A stretch of 64,000 nt of DNA from Octopus bimaculoides (Eukaryota), in assembly GCF_001194135.2 (NCBI RefSeq), contig NC_068982.1, forward strand, positions 35,710,167 to 35,774,166. The letters run 5' to 3'. Below are positions 39,335-54,000 of the stretch, in pieces; the stretch's first letter is position 1, and each line of letters starts with the position of its first letter. Under the pieces are notes generated by a model that saw only the letters and a program-made list of their open reading frames with translations, did no database searches and had not been told where the DNA came from. The position numbers and the translations under genes were made by a program.

Positions 39335-42300
39335 GTGGTGAGTTCACAAATTCTTTAGAATTTTGGATAGAATGCTTTGTTTTGACTCTAAGTGCTCTGA
39401 GTTCAAACTTCACCAACGCCATCTTTGTTTTTCATCCTTTCAGTTTGTTCAAGGCAAGGGATTAGTGGGATTATTAGAGCATCCTTGAAATATCAGTTCT
39501 GGATCTGTGCATTCTGATTTTAAGTCCTGCTCGTCACCAACAAAAAAAAATTGGTTCTTCCGTTTGGAGGGGTAAGATGCAGATTGTATCAGAAATGGGG
39601 AAAAAAAACTATGGGACAATTTCTTTGATTCAGTCAGAAGAAGATCAGCTGGCACCACCACCTCTTGCCATCTCTTGGTTTGAACTCAAGATGGCAGGTT
39701 AATGAAAAACTCACCAATTATGCAGTAGTGTTTGGAGCAGGACTCAGCAAATTGGTCAATATTGACCCCTGTAGGAGTTGGGGTTTATGTGTTGAAAACC
39801 CAATCAATGCAATATGATTGATTTTTATTGTTCTTTATTAATTTCATTAAGTATTCATCTTTTCTTTTGTCTTTTCCTTTACTTGTTTCAGTCATTAGTC
39901 TGTGGTCATGCTGGGGCACCACCTTAAGGAATTTTCTTCCAACTAATTAACCCCCGTGCTTATTTTCTTTTTAAGCCTGGTACTTATTGTATTGTTCTCT
40001 TTTGCCAAACCACTAAGTTACAGAGGCATAAACACACCAATACCAGTTGTGAAGGGGTGGTGGAGGACAAACACAGACAAAAACACACACACTAAGATAT
40101 ATATATATGACAGACTTCTTTTAGTTTCCATCTACCAAATCCACTCACAAGGCTTTGGTCACCCCATGGCTATAGTAGAAAACACTTGCCCAAGATGCCA
40201 CACAGCAGGACTGAACCCAAAACCATGTGGTTGGGCAGCAAGCTTCTTACCATACAGCCACGTTTGCATCTATTTACATATTCCTTTAAAAATTTCTTAT
40301 TTAAAAGCAATAATAGCACAAAAGAATGAAGGAATTATTGTTTTTAAATCAAGAAATTTTTAAGTAGTTATACTTATTAATTTTATTTTCAAAATTTACA
40401 TGATGGAGGTCAATAAGTTATCAACAATTCCATGAAGAAGTAAATGAAATAAGTTTGCCAACTCCTGATTTAGAGTGATGAATTGTACCAACAATGCATG
40501 GTACCTATTTACAACTTAGTGGACTGCATCAGAGAAAGTTTAGGGACCTAGTCAGAAATACTGTACAGTATATATGAATAAAACTGTCAAATCCAACAGC
40601 GTATCAAAAGTAGAGAATGTAACAATTCAGTATCCATGTTTTTTCCTGTTTCCAACCAAAATTGTAATGGGATGTCAATCTACAAAAGAAGAAAGATTTA
40701 TAAATTATTTCCAATGTTGTGTGATGTCTCTGATATAAAAATCTCAATGCTCAAAGATCCTCTGTATCTTGGCTGTAAAATATAGCTTATCTTTTATCTC
40801 TTATTTGTTTCAGTCATTACACTGTGGCCATGCTGGAGCACCATCTTGTGGAATTTTAGTAGAATGAATCGATCCCAATACTTATTTTGTTTTTTTTAGT
40901 CTAGTGTCTATTCTGTCAGTCTCTTTTCTGAACTGCTAAGCTATGGGGATGTAAACAAACCAAGACAGGTTGTCAAGCAGTGGTGGGGACAAACACATAC
41001 ACACACACACATACATACATAACACGCACACACATATATATATGTGACAGGCTTCTTTCAGTTTCTGTCTAACAAATCCACTCACAAGGCTTTTGTCGGC
41101 CCAAGGCTACAGTAGAAGATGCTTGCCCAAAGTGCCAAACAGTGGGACTGAACCCGGAACCATGTAGTTGGGAAGCAAACTTCTTACCACTTAGCTACAC
41201 TTGCACCTATATATGTGTGTGTGTGTGTGTGCAAAAATCGAACACCCATACACAAGATGTGTGTGTTGTTAGTTCAGTGGGTAGCTGTGTTTTTTTATGT
41301 GTAAGAGAATAAATTCTCAATGCCCCTGGCATAAAACACCTGAAAGTAAGTCATAGACAAGTGAGATAACTTACATTAAATCCTTTTTCTTTTTTTTATT
41401 TTGAAGCAACCAAATATACATATCACCAAAGAAATGTAGTTCAATGATGTAAACAAAAGCATGTACAGACTAACTCGTCATTCTGTATGAAGATCAAAAT
41501 ATTTCTTGAGTTTTCTTTTATATATTTGCTGGATATATGTAAAGAAATATATTAAGATAGCTAGTTTAGTTTTTTTTTTTTTGTTTTTTCTTTTATCAGA
41601 ACTTTGTTTCTAATAATGCAGAACTTGTAATACACACATATATTTATCATTATCATTGTCATCATCATCATCATTCTTTCATTCTTTTACTTGTTTCTGT
41701 TATTTGACTTTGGCCATGTTGGAACACCTCCTTGAAGGGTTTTAGTCAAACAAATTGACCTTAGGACTTATTTTTTGAGCCTAGTACTTATGCTATCAGT
41801 CTTTTTTGCCAGACTGCTAAGTTATAGTGTAAACACACCAGCATCAGTTGTCAACCAGTGACGGGGGACAAACACAGATACAAAGACACACACACACAGA
41901 TATATATATATATACATACATTACCGATTTTATCAAGTTGCCAGCATGGGAATAAAAACCATCAAAGGTAATAATTATTTAAAATTATAATTTAGGGTAT
42001 CTAAGAGATACCACCACAATAAATGTTCATATAGCACCAGGAGAGAAGACGAATAGACAAAATAAGTTTCTGTCTACCAAATCCACTCACAAGATTTTAG
42101 TTGGCCCAGAGCTATAGTAGAAGTAGAAGACACTTGCCCAAGATGCAACATTGCGGGACTGAACCCGGAACCACACAGAAATGCCTGCACCATCATCATT
42201 TAATATCTATGTTCCATGCTGGCATGGGTTGAACAGTTTGATAGGATCCAGTGAGTCTAAAGACTGCAAGATGTTCCAGTGTCTGTTTCTGAATGGTTTT

Positions 42301-45300
42301 TATGACACCACTTTACAGTAAGTACTGGGTGCTTTTTTATACATGTCACCAACACTAGTGAGATCACCATACTGCTTGCAAGATTACAGACCCCAAGAGA
42401 TGTGGCTTTGTACTAGGAGATGAAGGATTAAGGCATGAGAGAATGATTCAGAGCAGAACGGGATTTTTATAGCTACATCCATTTTAGAAGAGGAGGGCAA
42501 GGGTAATCAGAGTGAAGCAGGGAAGAGATAAAAGAGTGGTGTGCATGGACTCTCTCAAGTTATGAGGTGAGTGAAAGTGAAAAGGTGCAGAAGAATCAGG
42601 AGTATGGGTAGGTAGAGGTTGTAAGAGTCATGTAGAATAGGTGAAGGGTGATTAAAATAATGAATGGAGAACAAATGTTGAGTAGAATTGATAAGTAGGG
42701 CATAGGGAAGAGTAAGTGACAACTGTAAAAACTGAATAGGGTTGAGAGATGAACACAGTAAATGATGGATAAGGAGTGGAGGGGTGACTAATGATGCAGT
42801 GGGGTGAAATAGCAACCAAACCTCCTTTAAATCATACCTTTAATGAATGTGTACACCTTACTGGACTAGCCTACTAAGGAGGATGTTGAGGTATCCAGCA
42901 GGATTAAAAAAAAAAAACTGTCAGTAACAAACAAGCTCCTTGAGACTCAGTGCACTCCTATCCTGAGAAGGAAGTGAGTGCCATGAGAATTACCAAGCCC
43001 AGTAAAATATTTGAATATAATTTATATCGATATTTAATTCCATACACAACAGACCAAACACATAAAGCCCAGAACTGAGAGACGTGTAAAAGACAGGGGA
43101 AAGAACAAATATTCAGATGCTCCAACAGCAGAAATGTTATTGGAAGAATGGAACTGAATCCATCATCACCACCACCCTCATCATCACCACCATCATCAAC
43201 ATCTAATAATAATAAAAGCAATAATAATAATAATAACATCCATTTTTCCTTGCTTACATGGGTCACATGGAATTTGTTGAAGCATATTTCTTACAGCCTG
43301 ATGCCCCTCCTGTTGTCAACTCTCTTTTCATAACCATTAATTTACGAAGTATGAGAAGTGAATATAAATTTATTTAACCACCTGTCTTCCATAGGGTTAC
43401 ATCTGTTTTGCAAACTTCTTCTAGTATTAATTTCAGCATACAAGAAATGTATATATATGCAAACACACAATGGTCTTCTTTCAGTTTCCATGTAATTAAT
43501 CCACTCAGAAGGCTTTAGTCAGTCCAGAGGTAAAGTAAAAGACACTTGACCAAAGTGTCACACAGTGGGATGGAACAAGAAAACATGCTGTTGAGAAGAA
43601 AACTTCTTACCACAAATTCACACCTGTGCACCTATTGATAGCATTTGCATTAAATATTACTTTTGTAGCCATAAAAGAAAAGATTGTTTGAATTAAATAT
43701 TCTTCTTTCTAGAAAAAAATTAAAAGTTTATTGTCATTCCATCAATGAAATATTTAGGGAAGATGGAGAACAATTCAAGTAGTAGAAACAATGGCACAAA
43801 ATACTGAGTTTAAATTTCACCGAGATCAACTTGGCCTTTTAGCCTTTTAGGATAAAATACAACACCAGTAAGTACTAAGATATATGTTGACTATACTCTC
43901 ACCAAAAGTCATGACCTAATGATAATGTGGAAATTCAATATCCGCTTATAACCATTTAAACTCTGAATTTAAATTCATCAGAGCTAAAATTTCTATTTCA
44001 TTATTTAAGTTGATAAAGTATGTTACCAGATACATGAGTTTTATTCAGTCGACTACATGCCTCATACAAGAAATCAATACACGGCAAAAAAATGACACAA
44101 ACTGTGAAACACCAGACTAAAAATGATTCTTAATATTTAGTTATGTTTTGAGTTCAAATTCCGCTGAGGTCGACTTTACCGTTCATCATTTTGGGGTCAA
44201 TAAAATAAATACCAATTGAGCACTGAGGTTGATGTAATCAACACACCCTCTTGCCCATATTTGCTGGCCTTGTACCAAAATTTGAAACCAACATTTTGTT
44301 TCATAAAGGCGTTGAGCTGGCAGAATTGTTACTGAACCAGCCAAAATGCTTAGCGGCATTTCATCCATCTTTACTTTCTGAGTTCCAATTCCACTGAGGT
44401 CAACTTTTGCCTTTCATGCTTTAAAGGTCAATAAAATAAGTACCAGTTGAACACTGTGGTCAAAGTAATCGAGTTACATTTCCACCCTGAACTTGCTGAC
44501 CTTGTGCCAAAATTTGAAACCAAAATTTAGTTCTGTCTATTTTCTTTCTGCATTCAACTACTGCTGAAGATCTGAAGATGTGAAAGCACCCTGCATGTCT
44601 TGGAATTGATCCAAGCAACTATATACTTTAGCTGAAAAAAATTATACTCTCAAGTCAGTAAAGCTGACTAATTTTGTAGCACACCTTATCACTCTTAAAT
44701 AGCACAATGACGTACCACAAACCGCAGGTGAAAATCCTGTGATAAGGCAATTATCAGACGTTGAAGTAGATATTTGTTTTCTTCGAATATCCGAGGGAGC
44801 AGCTTCTTAATTACTGAAACAAGAGCAAGACAAGGTGTGAATTTATGGGTTTCAACATTTTTTGTTTGTTTTAAACACAGACATGAAGTCCTACTCACCT
44901 TGATCTTCATAGCTAAATATCAGGTTCTAAAAGCATCCATCTGTAATGCAATGATTAAAAAATGTTAAAGAACCACAAACACGCAGTCTTTTCAGATAAT
45001 CACAGATTAGTTTTAACACTTTAGGATTTAAACCAATTATATCAGGTGCACATATTCAACTTGGTTTATTTTCAATGTGGCCAGATCCAGCCTCTCACAC
45101 CTATCCTACAATGTCATTCTAAAAATTTCAAAGATATGAGATAATCCATGATTAATTACAAAAACTGTGAATAAATAAATATTAGATTTGACAGAGTAAT
45201 CTGAATGCTAAGGGATTAAATTAACAACGTTTTAGACACAAGCAAACTTTTGGGGGAACTTCAAACTGAAGACCTTTCAGCTTGGATGGACAAGTTATTT

Positions 45301-47721
45301 ATTTTATATTGCAATTAGTAAACAATAACGTTGTTGGTTATGGTTTTCCGACGAAACAGTTACTGATTTACTGAATTTCTGACAGTCAGAGTGACAAAAG
45401 TATGTCTGTGTAATTCAGTACAGAACAAATATCCTTTCTACTATAGGAACAAGACCTGAAACGTTGTGGAGAGTGGCTAAACGGTTACATCAACCTCAGT
45501 AAGCAAATGATACTTATTTTATTGACACCCCCCCCCCCCACACACACACACACTAAAGGATAAAAAACAAATCGACCTTGACGGAATTTGAACTCAGATA
45601 AAAAAATCAGAAGAAATTCCGCTCAGCATTTTGTCTTGTATGCTAACAATTCTGCCAGCTTGCTGAATTTCACTTCAGAACAAATAATCTCAGAGGACTT
45701 CATTCAAGTAGCACCGGTTTTCTGTTTTCTAGCTGATATTTTATTTTTTGCCTGTACCAGCAAAAGACGCAAGCGTGTATGTGTGTGCGCACATGTGGGT
45801 ATTATTTGACAAGCTTCCATACAGTTTCCACCTCTCAAATTCTACTCACAAGATATTGATCAACTTGTGGTTATGACAGGAAGACACTTACCCAAAATTC
45901 TGTGCAGTGGAATCGAACATGGAACCAAGTGGTTGTGAAGCAAATGTTCTTAACTATAACAGTATAAAGCACTTCACAAGTTTGTGTTCCGTTGGTTTCT
46001 AACTAGATCCATAATACCCGACCTGGCTGGCATTGGACTGTAGGGTAATGATTGGCTCGCTGCAGTAGGCGGGAGGCAGCCTTAGGAGGTGTAGGGCCCA
46101 ATTGGGAACAATTTTGGTGGGCCCCAGGTTCCAAGTCAACTTGCACCAAGGTCTATAGAATCATGAAAATATAAAAATCCAGCCTTTGAAACTATGCTAC
46201 CATGTGGTGCCATGTAAAAGCTCTCAATTCACACTGTAAAGTGGTGGCATTAGGAAGGACATCCAGCCACAAAAAACATGCCAAACCAGATGGGTGCCAG
46301 ACGTAGCTCTTGGCTTGTTGGCCCGTCAAACCATCCAGCTTGTGACAGCATGGAAAACGGATGTTCAATGATGATGATGATGATAATATGCATATATATA
46401 CATACACATATGTATATATCTATATGTGTGTGTATATATATATATATATATATGTATGGGAGCAATCGGCTTAAGTCGGCCCTGGCAGTAGGAAACAATT
46501 TTCTCACTATGAACATGGCAGTGATATGTTAAAGACTGCAGCTGAGAGTGAAGGATAAATGGTAACATGAAATAACTGGTATATTGTTAAAGTGGTCTCA
46601 GCAGTCCCTAGCTTGGTGAAGAAGATTCAATGTTGACGGGAAAAAATTTTTTTCGATGATGTTATTTCACAAGAACCCAGGTATTTGCTGGCAATCTTAA
46701 CCATCACAATAGCTCTTTTTCCACAGCTTTGTTTTTTTCTTTTCACTGCTTTCGCGGATTCCCATGACTCTCTGCCGCCATCCGATTCCATTATTATGAA
46801 TTTGAATTGGAAGCTTGAGTCATAGTGAATCTTTCTTTATCTGATTACACAACCATGGACGTCACCCCTATTGATGCGCTACAGTTACTCTCTTCATAGA
46901 GCTTAATGATCCTGACCGTTGATTTTCTAGGATTCTTACGTCCAGTATCAATGTAAGGAGTACCGTTAAGCTAACGGTGATTCTTTCCACAGCTAAAACA
47001 CAGAAAAATCTACTCTTCCTTACCAAAAGAAGATGCTGAGGCGTTAAGGATAAAATATAGAACGTAGAAAACAACAACCAGCCTAGAACCACCAGAAGTA
47101 AAAACATAAAATACGATATAATACATTTATATGTTTGTATACAATCATTTCTAGCTACAACGTAAATACTATAAAATGTTCAACAAAAATTATACACAAA
47201 ATTTCGTATAAAATTTAATGAACTTAAACCAGTCTAAACTATATGAAATTCTAGCACTATAGATTGCAACCGCATTAATCCAAATAATTGCTAATTAGAC
47301 TGTAAGCATAAACTTAAAGATATTGTGTACCAAGTTACTGTAAGAACAGCTTGTTATACATAAAACTTAGTGCAAATATGTTCAAATAATGACATAACCA
47401 GTTTGTATAACCCTTTTAAAATCAGAATACAAGCAACGACACATTACTTTCGTTTTCATCTGAAACCTAAAATTGAAAACAAACAAAAAAATCTTCAGAA
47501 CTACTTTCAATGGTAGATGCCCTGCTCCGCCAGGTCTTAGACCCCCAATAATAAAAAGCCTGCTATGTACAACCGAGAGCTTGGAAATTCACATTGCTAA
47601 AATTTCTTTTCATAACCGTGGCACACAGTACTTCTCGCCTTGTCAACATTGGAATTTCAATATTTAAAACCGTTAATCTGCCATAACAGCCAGAAATGCA
47701 ATATAATACTCAAACACTTAC

Positions 47722-47785
47722 CACATACAAGCGCCGCCATCTTACTCCTTAAATTGAATCTCTAAATTTGACATCTTATATAACG
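47722..47785 (-). promoter_or_regulatory. Candidate promoter and first exon of a minus-strand transcript
   Basis: minus strand reads ttatataag (47775-47783) ... AAGATGGCGGCG (YY1-like motif overlapping ATG at 47740) CTTGTATGTG|gtaagt. Confidence 0.5.
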
Positions 47786-49120
47786 CTTCATTTTTGTATG
47801 GATAACACTCTCTTTCTTTTCTCATTTATTTACCTATTTTAAATTATCCACTTATCAAAATTTAAACACTTTATCCTCTTTTAAAAATATATCATCGTTT
47901 TTGTACTGATACAACTGCACTTCAAATTCTTACTTTGTTATTTATAACAGAATCACGTCCGTTAATGATCACTTAATGTAAACTTATTCTATTGGAGCTT
48001 TTGAATTTAAGTTAAACCTAATATCACAGTAACAATTTCCAATAAGATGATGTGAATCTCTGTCGGTTTTGTCGATGAGATTCAGTTGTTCAATCAATCA
48101 ACTGAACTACCTGCTCATTGAATTAGCAGGCATGTGGCTGAGCATTCCACTGACGTGTATTTTTCATGTAATTCTGAGGCAGAATCAACCTGATACATTG
48201 TATGACAAGGTTTTACTTTTAGATTGCAGGCCTAATCCATTAGACTGGCTTCCATGGATTTTCCGTTTGCCAGTTTCATTCACAAGGCTTGGTTCGATCT
48301 GAGGTATTAATAAAAGACCGAGATGCCAAGCGGTAGGATCGAACCTGAGATCCCAAAATTACAAAGTAAGCTTCCTAATCATTCAGCCACCCTGCGTCTG
48401 TTAATCATCAGCACAGTATAATCATTAGTATATATCTTACTTGCCAACACCTTTTATTACAACATATTTTTATAGTCTAACACATCGTACCATCCCTGCA
48501 CTAAAGCTTACCTCTGCTAACATTTTAACTTCAATAAACACCCAAATACACGAGTTATCTTCTAAACCTAGGTGCAGGCATGGCTATGTGGTTAAGTTGT
48601 TCGCTTTGTACCTCCGTGGTTTCGGGTTCAGTCCCACTGTAAAGCCTTTTGAGCAAATGTCTTCTATTTTAGCCCTGAAACGACTAATACCTCGTAAGTC
48701 AATTTGGTAGACTAAAACTGTGTGAAAACTCGTCGAGTACATACGTACGTGTGTGTGTGTGTATATGTGCATGTATGTATGTATGTATATGTGTGCATCT
48801 TTGTGTTTGTGTAAGTCCTCTGCCCTGCGCTGGACAACTGGTGTTGGTTTGTTTGCGTACCCTAATTAAGCAGTCTGACACAAGAGACTGATAGAACCAG
48901 CGCCAGACTTTAAAAAGTTGTAATGGGATCAATTTGTTCGACGAAAACGCTTCAGGGCAACGCTTCAGTATAGCTGAAGTTCAGTGACTGAAACAAGTAT
49001 ATGATAAAAGATATGTTTTTCACATTCATATAATAAAATTGTACTTAATACAAACTTGGACAAACTCGCCATGTAAAAATATCACCTTAGCTCTTTAGCA
49101 TTAAGGTTATTCCGTCAAAT

Positions 49121-49459
49121 GTGGAGGCACAATGGCTCAGTAGTTAGAGCAGCGGACTCGTGGTTTCGATTCTCAGACCGGGCGTTGTGGGTGTTTATTG
49201 AGCGAAAGCACCTAAAGCTCCACGAGGCTCCGGCAGGGGGTGGTGGCGAACCCTGCTGTACTCTTTCACCACAACTTTCTCTCACTCCTTCTTCCCGTTT
49301 CTGTTTCTGCCAGCCTTGTCACACCCTGTGTCACGCTGAATCTTCCCGAGAATTACGTCAAGGGTATACGTGTCTGTGGAGTGCTCAGCCACTTGCACGT
49401 TAATTTCACGAGCAGGCTGTTCCGTTGATCGGATCAACTGGAACCCACGTCGTCGTAAC
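49121..49459 (+). mobile_element. tRNA-derived SINE, family 3, inserted into a piggyBac-type MITE
   Basis: A/B-box-like head; 12-bp TSD attc(c/t)gtcaaat at 49109-49120 and 49460-49471; second copy at 60968-61335. Confidence 0.85.
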
Positions 49460-50966
49460 ATTCTGTCAAATGTAATACTTATTTATTCTCATCGTTTTAA
49501 AGTAATTATGCATTGTCTCATAATTTCGAAATTTTTCTATTATTACTAGTTTTAGAATGACATTGTAGAGTAGGTGTGAGAGGCCGGATCTGGCTGGCTT
49601 GAACATAAAACATATTTGAGCTGGATATGGCCGGTTTGAATGTTAAACAATTAGAACTAGAACAGCATGTCGAAATCCGAACAAAACACATTGTTCTCTC
49701 TTTCTTCAAATATTTTGCACCTTGATTAGTAATAAATGTCACAGTGACCTCCCATATAGAAAATTCCCCCTAAGCTTTTCACAAATGAATGAATATACAG
49801 TCATTCGATAAATTGGATTATTTCTTTCCCTTAAAATTAGACTGTTTTCGAAAACCCACAAAAACAATTTTTTCTCCTTTTTCATTTTGCTTTAGCAGAT
49901 TCGCACTTAAACCGTTACCATGTAGTTTCAATCAGGCACATATACACGCGCACGCACGCACATACATCTGGAAAGTGAATCATACATTTACTAAAAACAT
50001 ATCAGACATATATTAAAAAGAACAGTAAACTGTGTAAACGAATACACATACACAACGAAAAATACAAATATAGCTATCAATGAAAACATCTAACTTATAA
50101 ATTGAATCACAACCAAATCACTGTTTGCTTGCTTTCGTTTTTTACATATTTTTTCAATAATGAATGTATGAAAACAGACTAATAGACCTTAAATCATATC
50201 ACCCGAAGAACCGTTTTGAGGCGAAACTTACAGGATGTAATATCTAGTGATTAACAAAATATAGATTTGGAGAATAGCTGACAGACAAAAGCTGTAATTT
50301 GATGTATGCTTGCAACTGGTTAGATCAGCGCATGTCACCACTTTCCCGTTGCCATAGGACTTTCAGCAGATGGAATAACGAATAAGGTTATCATAAAAAG
50401 ATATCTGTAGGTCATTGGATTATAGTACTAAACGCTTAGATTACACGCAATAGAGGACATTAAAACATTCGGACATATAGACGATACAAAGGCGGACAAG
50501 AGAAACAACAATTAGAAGGACAGGCAAAAAAAGACGGGTCATTCGTGGCTTTCTTTCCTCAGTCAAGTTCCAGAAGTGACGACCATTTCGGGAAGTTACA
50601 CTTGAGATGGTTCGATCTGGTTGCCCCCAGATATATATATACACGACAGGCTTCTTCCAAATCCACTCACAAGACTTTGGTCGGCCCGAGTGTCTTCTAC
50701 CATAAGTAGAAGACACTTACACAAGGTACCACGCAATAGGATTGAACCCAGAAGCATGTGGTTGGGAACAAGTTTTTTTTCCACACTGCCACGCCTGCGC
50801 TTATACACACACACNNNNNNNNNNNNNNNNNNNNNNNNNNNNNNNNNNNNNNNNNNNNNNNNNNNNNNNNNNNNNNNNNNNNNNNNNNNNNNNNNNNNNN
50901 NNNNNNNNNNNNNNNNNNNNNNNNNNNNNNNNNNNNNNNNNNNNNNNNNNNNNNNNNNNNNNNNNN

Positions 50967-51003
<37 letters not shown>

Positions 51004-54000
51004 TGTGTGTATATGTATGTTTGTGTGAATGAGTGTGTGTTTGCGTGTGCGTGTGATTTACGAGTGAAGCTGTGTGATTGAAATTGAGAAGTTGGAAACT
51101 TTGGCATCTTATCGGATGAACTCTACTTGTAATTCAAAGTGCCAGCCTTGTCGCATATTCTTTCAGACTGATTCTGCCCTTGAATTCAATTAAAAATACA
51201 AATGCCTATGGGATACTTAGCCATTCAATGAATGGGTAATTTCGTTACTCGAAAAACTGAATTACTCGTTGTAGAAACCAAAAGAGAATCCATTTTATGT
51301 TTTAGTTGCATTACGAGCATAAACATTTTTTATTTTAAGTTTTGTTTTTTGTCCATTGCATGTTTTAGATTTACCATCAATCCATACCCATGGCTTACCA
51401 CAAATCTGGGCGGATTCAGACAATCGTCTGGGGACGTGAGAAAGAGTTGCAGTCAGATATTGATACCGAGGAAGAAAAAAGAACGGAGACGAGCTGCTGA
51501 AATATTGTAACACATCTGCCTTTTTATCGTTGCTTTTAACTGGTGGAAATGAAATATAAAATAAACAATCAAACTGGAAGAGGGTGAGTATTGCCGGATT
51601 TAACCAACTTAATAGTTTGAAAAGGAAGACAGTAAGGTAGAGAAAAGTAAACATAAATTAATACCAAAGGAGGTAGAGAAAGGTATGAGTGTTCATAAAT
51701 GTGTGTGAGAGAGAGAGAGAGAACGAGGGAGACAGGTAGAGCCGAGAGAAAGAGGAGTGGAAAACCAAGTTGAACTATAATGGTTATGATTCTCCTATCT
51801 ATTCATAGTTACAGTAAAATGTTTCGAAAATTCTATTATTACTAGAACACTTGGTTACGTAGACAAATGTTTAAGCAGTAAACTTGAAAATATGACAAGA
51901 AAATCGAAAGAAGAGTTTTGCACATTTAATATGTAAGTGAAACTTTAAAACAACGCAACACTTTTATAAATCTCAGCATGTAACTTTACATAATTGGACG
52001 GACGTTGTTTTTAATTAGAATTTGTCTCGGTCTATATAAACTAAATTTAAAAGATAGAAATATAAAACACACACCCATACACACGCGTGCGTGCGTGCGT
52101 GCGTGCGTGTGTGTGTGTGTTTGTGTGTGTGTGTATACTTTAATATCGAACCATGAGAATGAATGCTCAGCACCGAATTGGTGGATAAAGTTTCTTTATT
52201 TATGGGTTAAGGCTACCATTGATTTTATGCTAAGAAAGAAATCTCTTAATTATCAAGCCTACCACATGGAACATCGTTACTCGTCTCCATCTTTGAATTA
52301 AAACACGATAAAATCACGTACAATCACGATAAAATAGAAGTTTGATGTAAACATTCCTTGGTGGTATAGGAATATTCTTCAATGATGTTCTCCGTTCTTT
52401 TCCATGGTTTACTTTGATTCTCTATTCGTGCTTAGTGCTTATCCGATCTTTGAGAACGCTGCAATTGGTGATTCATTGATATCAAGCAATGAGAATGGGT
52501 GCTCAACACTGCATTGGTGGATAAAAATACTTTATTTGTGGATTAAAGCTACCAGTGATTTTATGTTAAGAGAGAAACTCCTTAACAATTATGAAGCCTA
52601 CCATGTGGAACATTCGTGTTCAACACGATAAAATCACGTAAGATCACAATAAAATAGATGCTTGATGTAAACTTTCCTTGGTGATATAGGAATACACAGT
52701 ACACTCGGATAGGGTGTAATTTATTATTTAAGGGACCAATGTGAAAATCTGAGTGTGTCGTGTTTTCTCACAGTTTAGTTCGTTCCCCTATACTTTTAGA
52801 CCATAGCTCAGGAACGCAATTTGCTTAGATCCTTTTTATGCATTATTTTCTAAACCTGCGAAAAGTGTGTTGGAGTGTAAATTTTGATATTGCACCAAAC
52901 AAAAATTTTAGGAAGTGCGCTTGCACCGCCTGCACCCCCTTTTCCCGGGCCCATACTTTTAGATCCTCGTTGTGGTTACGGCGGAGGTGAACAAGGGTGG
53001 GCTCGCAATTAATGCTTCTCTGCGTTTGGCTGTGGTGGTTTTCCCACTCTTCCACTTTTCATTACGAATGTAATAAAATAAATCTAGGATACTAAACACA
53101 TTTAGTTGAATGTTTTTTTATTGAAATAAACTAAAACCGAAAGCTAGATTTTAAAAGAATCTTCATTAAAAACAAATAAATACTACAAAATACGTCATTG
53201 AAAATATATACGCTTAAACTCATCTCGTTTGGAGCTTAAATCAAATCCATTTATAAATTTAAATAACGAAAACAAGAGCGTTTCCATGCAAAATAACAAC
53301 GAAAGCGTTCTTCAAACCATTTTAATCCTATTACCTAATCTGGTATTAAAATTAGAAAGCTTAAGACTTTATCCAATTTGTGACCGTTAGGGTAGTGAAA
53401 TAATAAGTGGTGGATTGTTGAAAGAAACAGTTTGTAATCGAATTAAAATTCCTTTACTTTGGATTCAGCCATTTTAATCATGAAGTTTAGTAGTGTTTCT
53501 TTATACCAAACAACAACTAGAAATAGTAGCCAAATCTCACTCAACTTATACCCTATTGTCTTTTTAAATAAACTATATAATAGATATAATATAGTTCTTA
53601 ATTTATAAAAATACAGAATACACGACTGGAACGCCTTTGATTGTGAATCTGTAAAATAAGGGGTGACCCAAGGTTAAACAACTACGCTTTCATAGCAAGC
53701 TGCAAGAATGATAAATATTTTATTGCAAGAGGAGAAAAAACTACTGATCACTTAATGAGAAGTTTAATAGTTATCAATAAAATATTTATGAACTGAAATA
53801 AATGATAAAATGAAGGCTTTAGTGATGACTTTTCAGTTTTGATCTGCAAACATGTATAGAATGTCTTTCTCTTGTCACTACTGTTTTGTTTTGTTTTTTG
53901 TTTGTTTTGTATTTGGGGGGGGGGTGATTATGTGGTTCTTCCCTCTTTGTCTTATAAATAGATATACATCGCTAATGCGGATGGAGAAAATATGAGCAAC

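Noticed and set aside
40490-40772. Minus-strand coding exon behind two good-looking acceptors
   Set aside because: All three frames contain stops and no coherent protein emerges; it could only be non-coding.
46590-46720. Possible box C/D snoRNA on the minus strand (ttcaccaagc resembles a 28S rRNA complement)
   Set aside because: C box is imperfect (gtgatgg) and the 10-nt complement is not adjacent to a D or D' box.
50440-50620. A fourth hammerhead-bearing repeat
   Set aside because: The minus strand has ...cccGAAA... but no CUGANGA core or stems could be placed; truncated by a SINE.
51232-51510. Plus-strand ORF or terminal exon candidate
   Set aside because: No recognisable domain, no partner exons and ambiguous frame.
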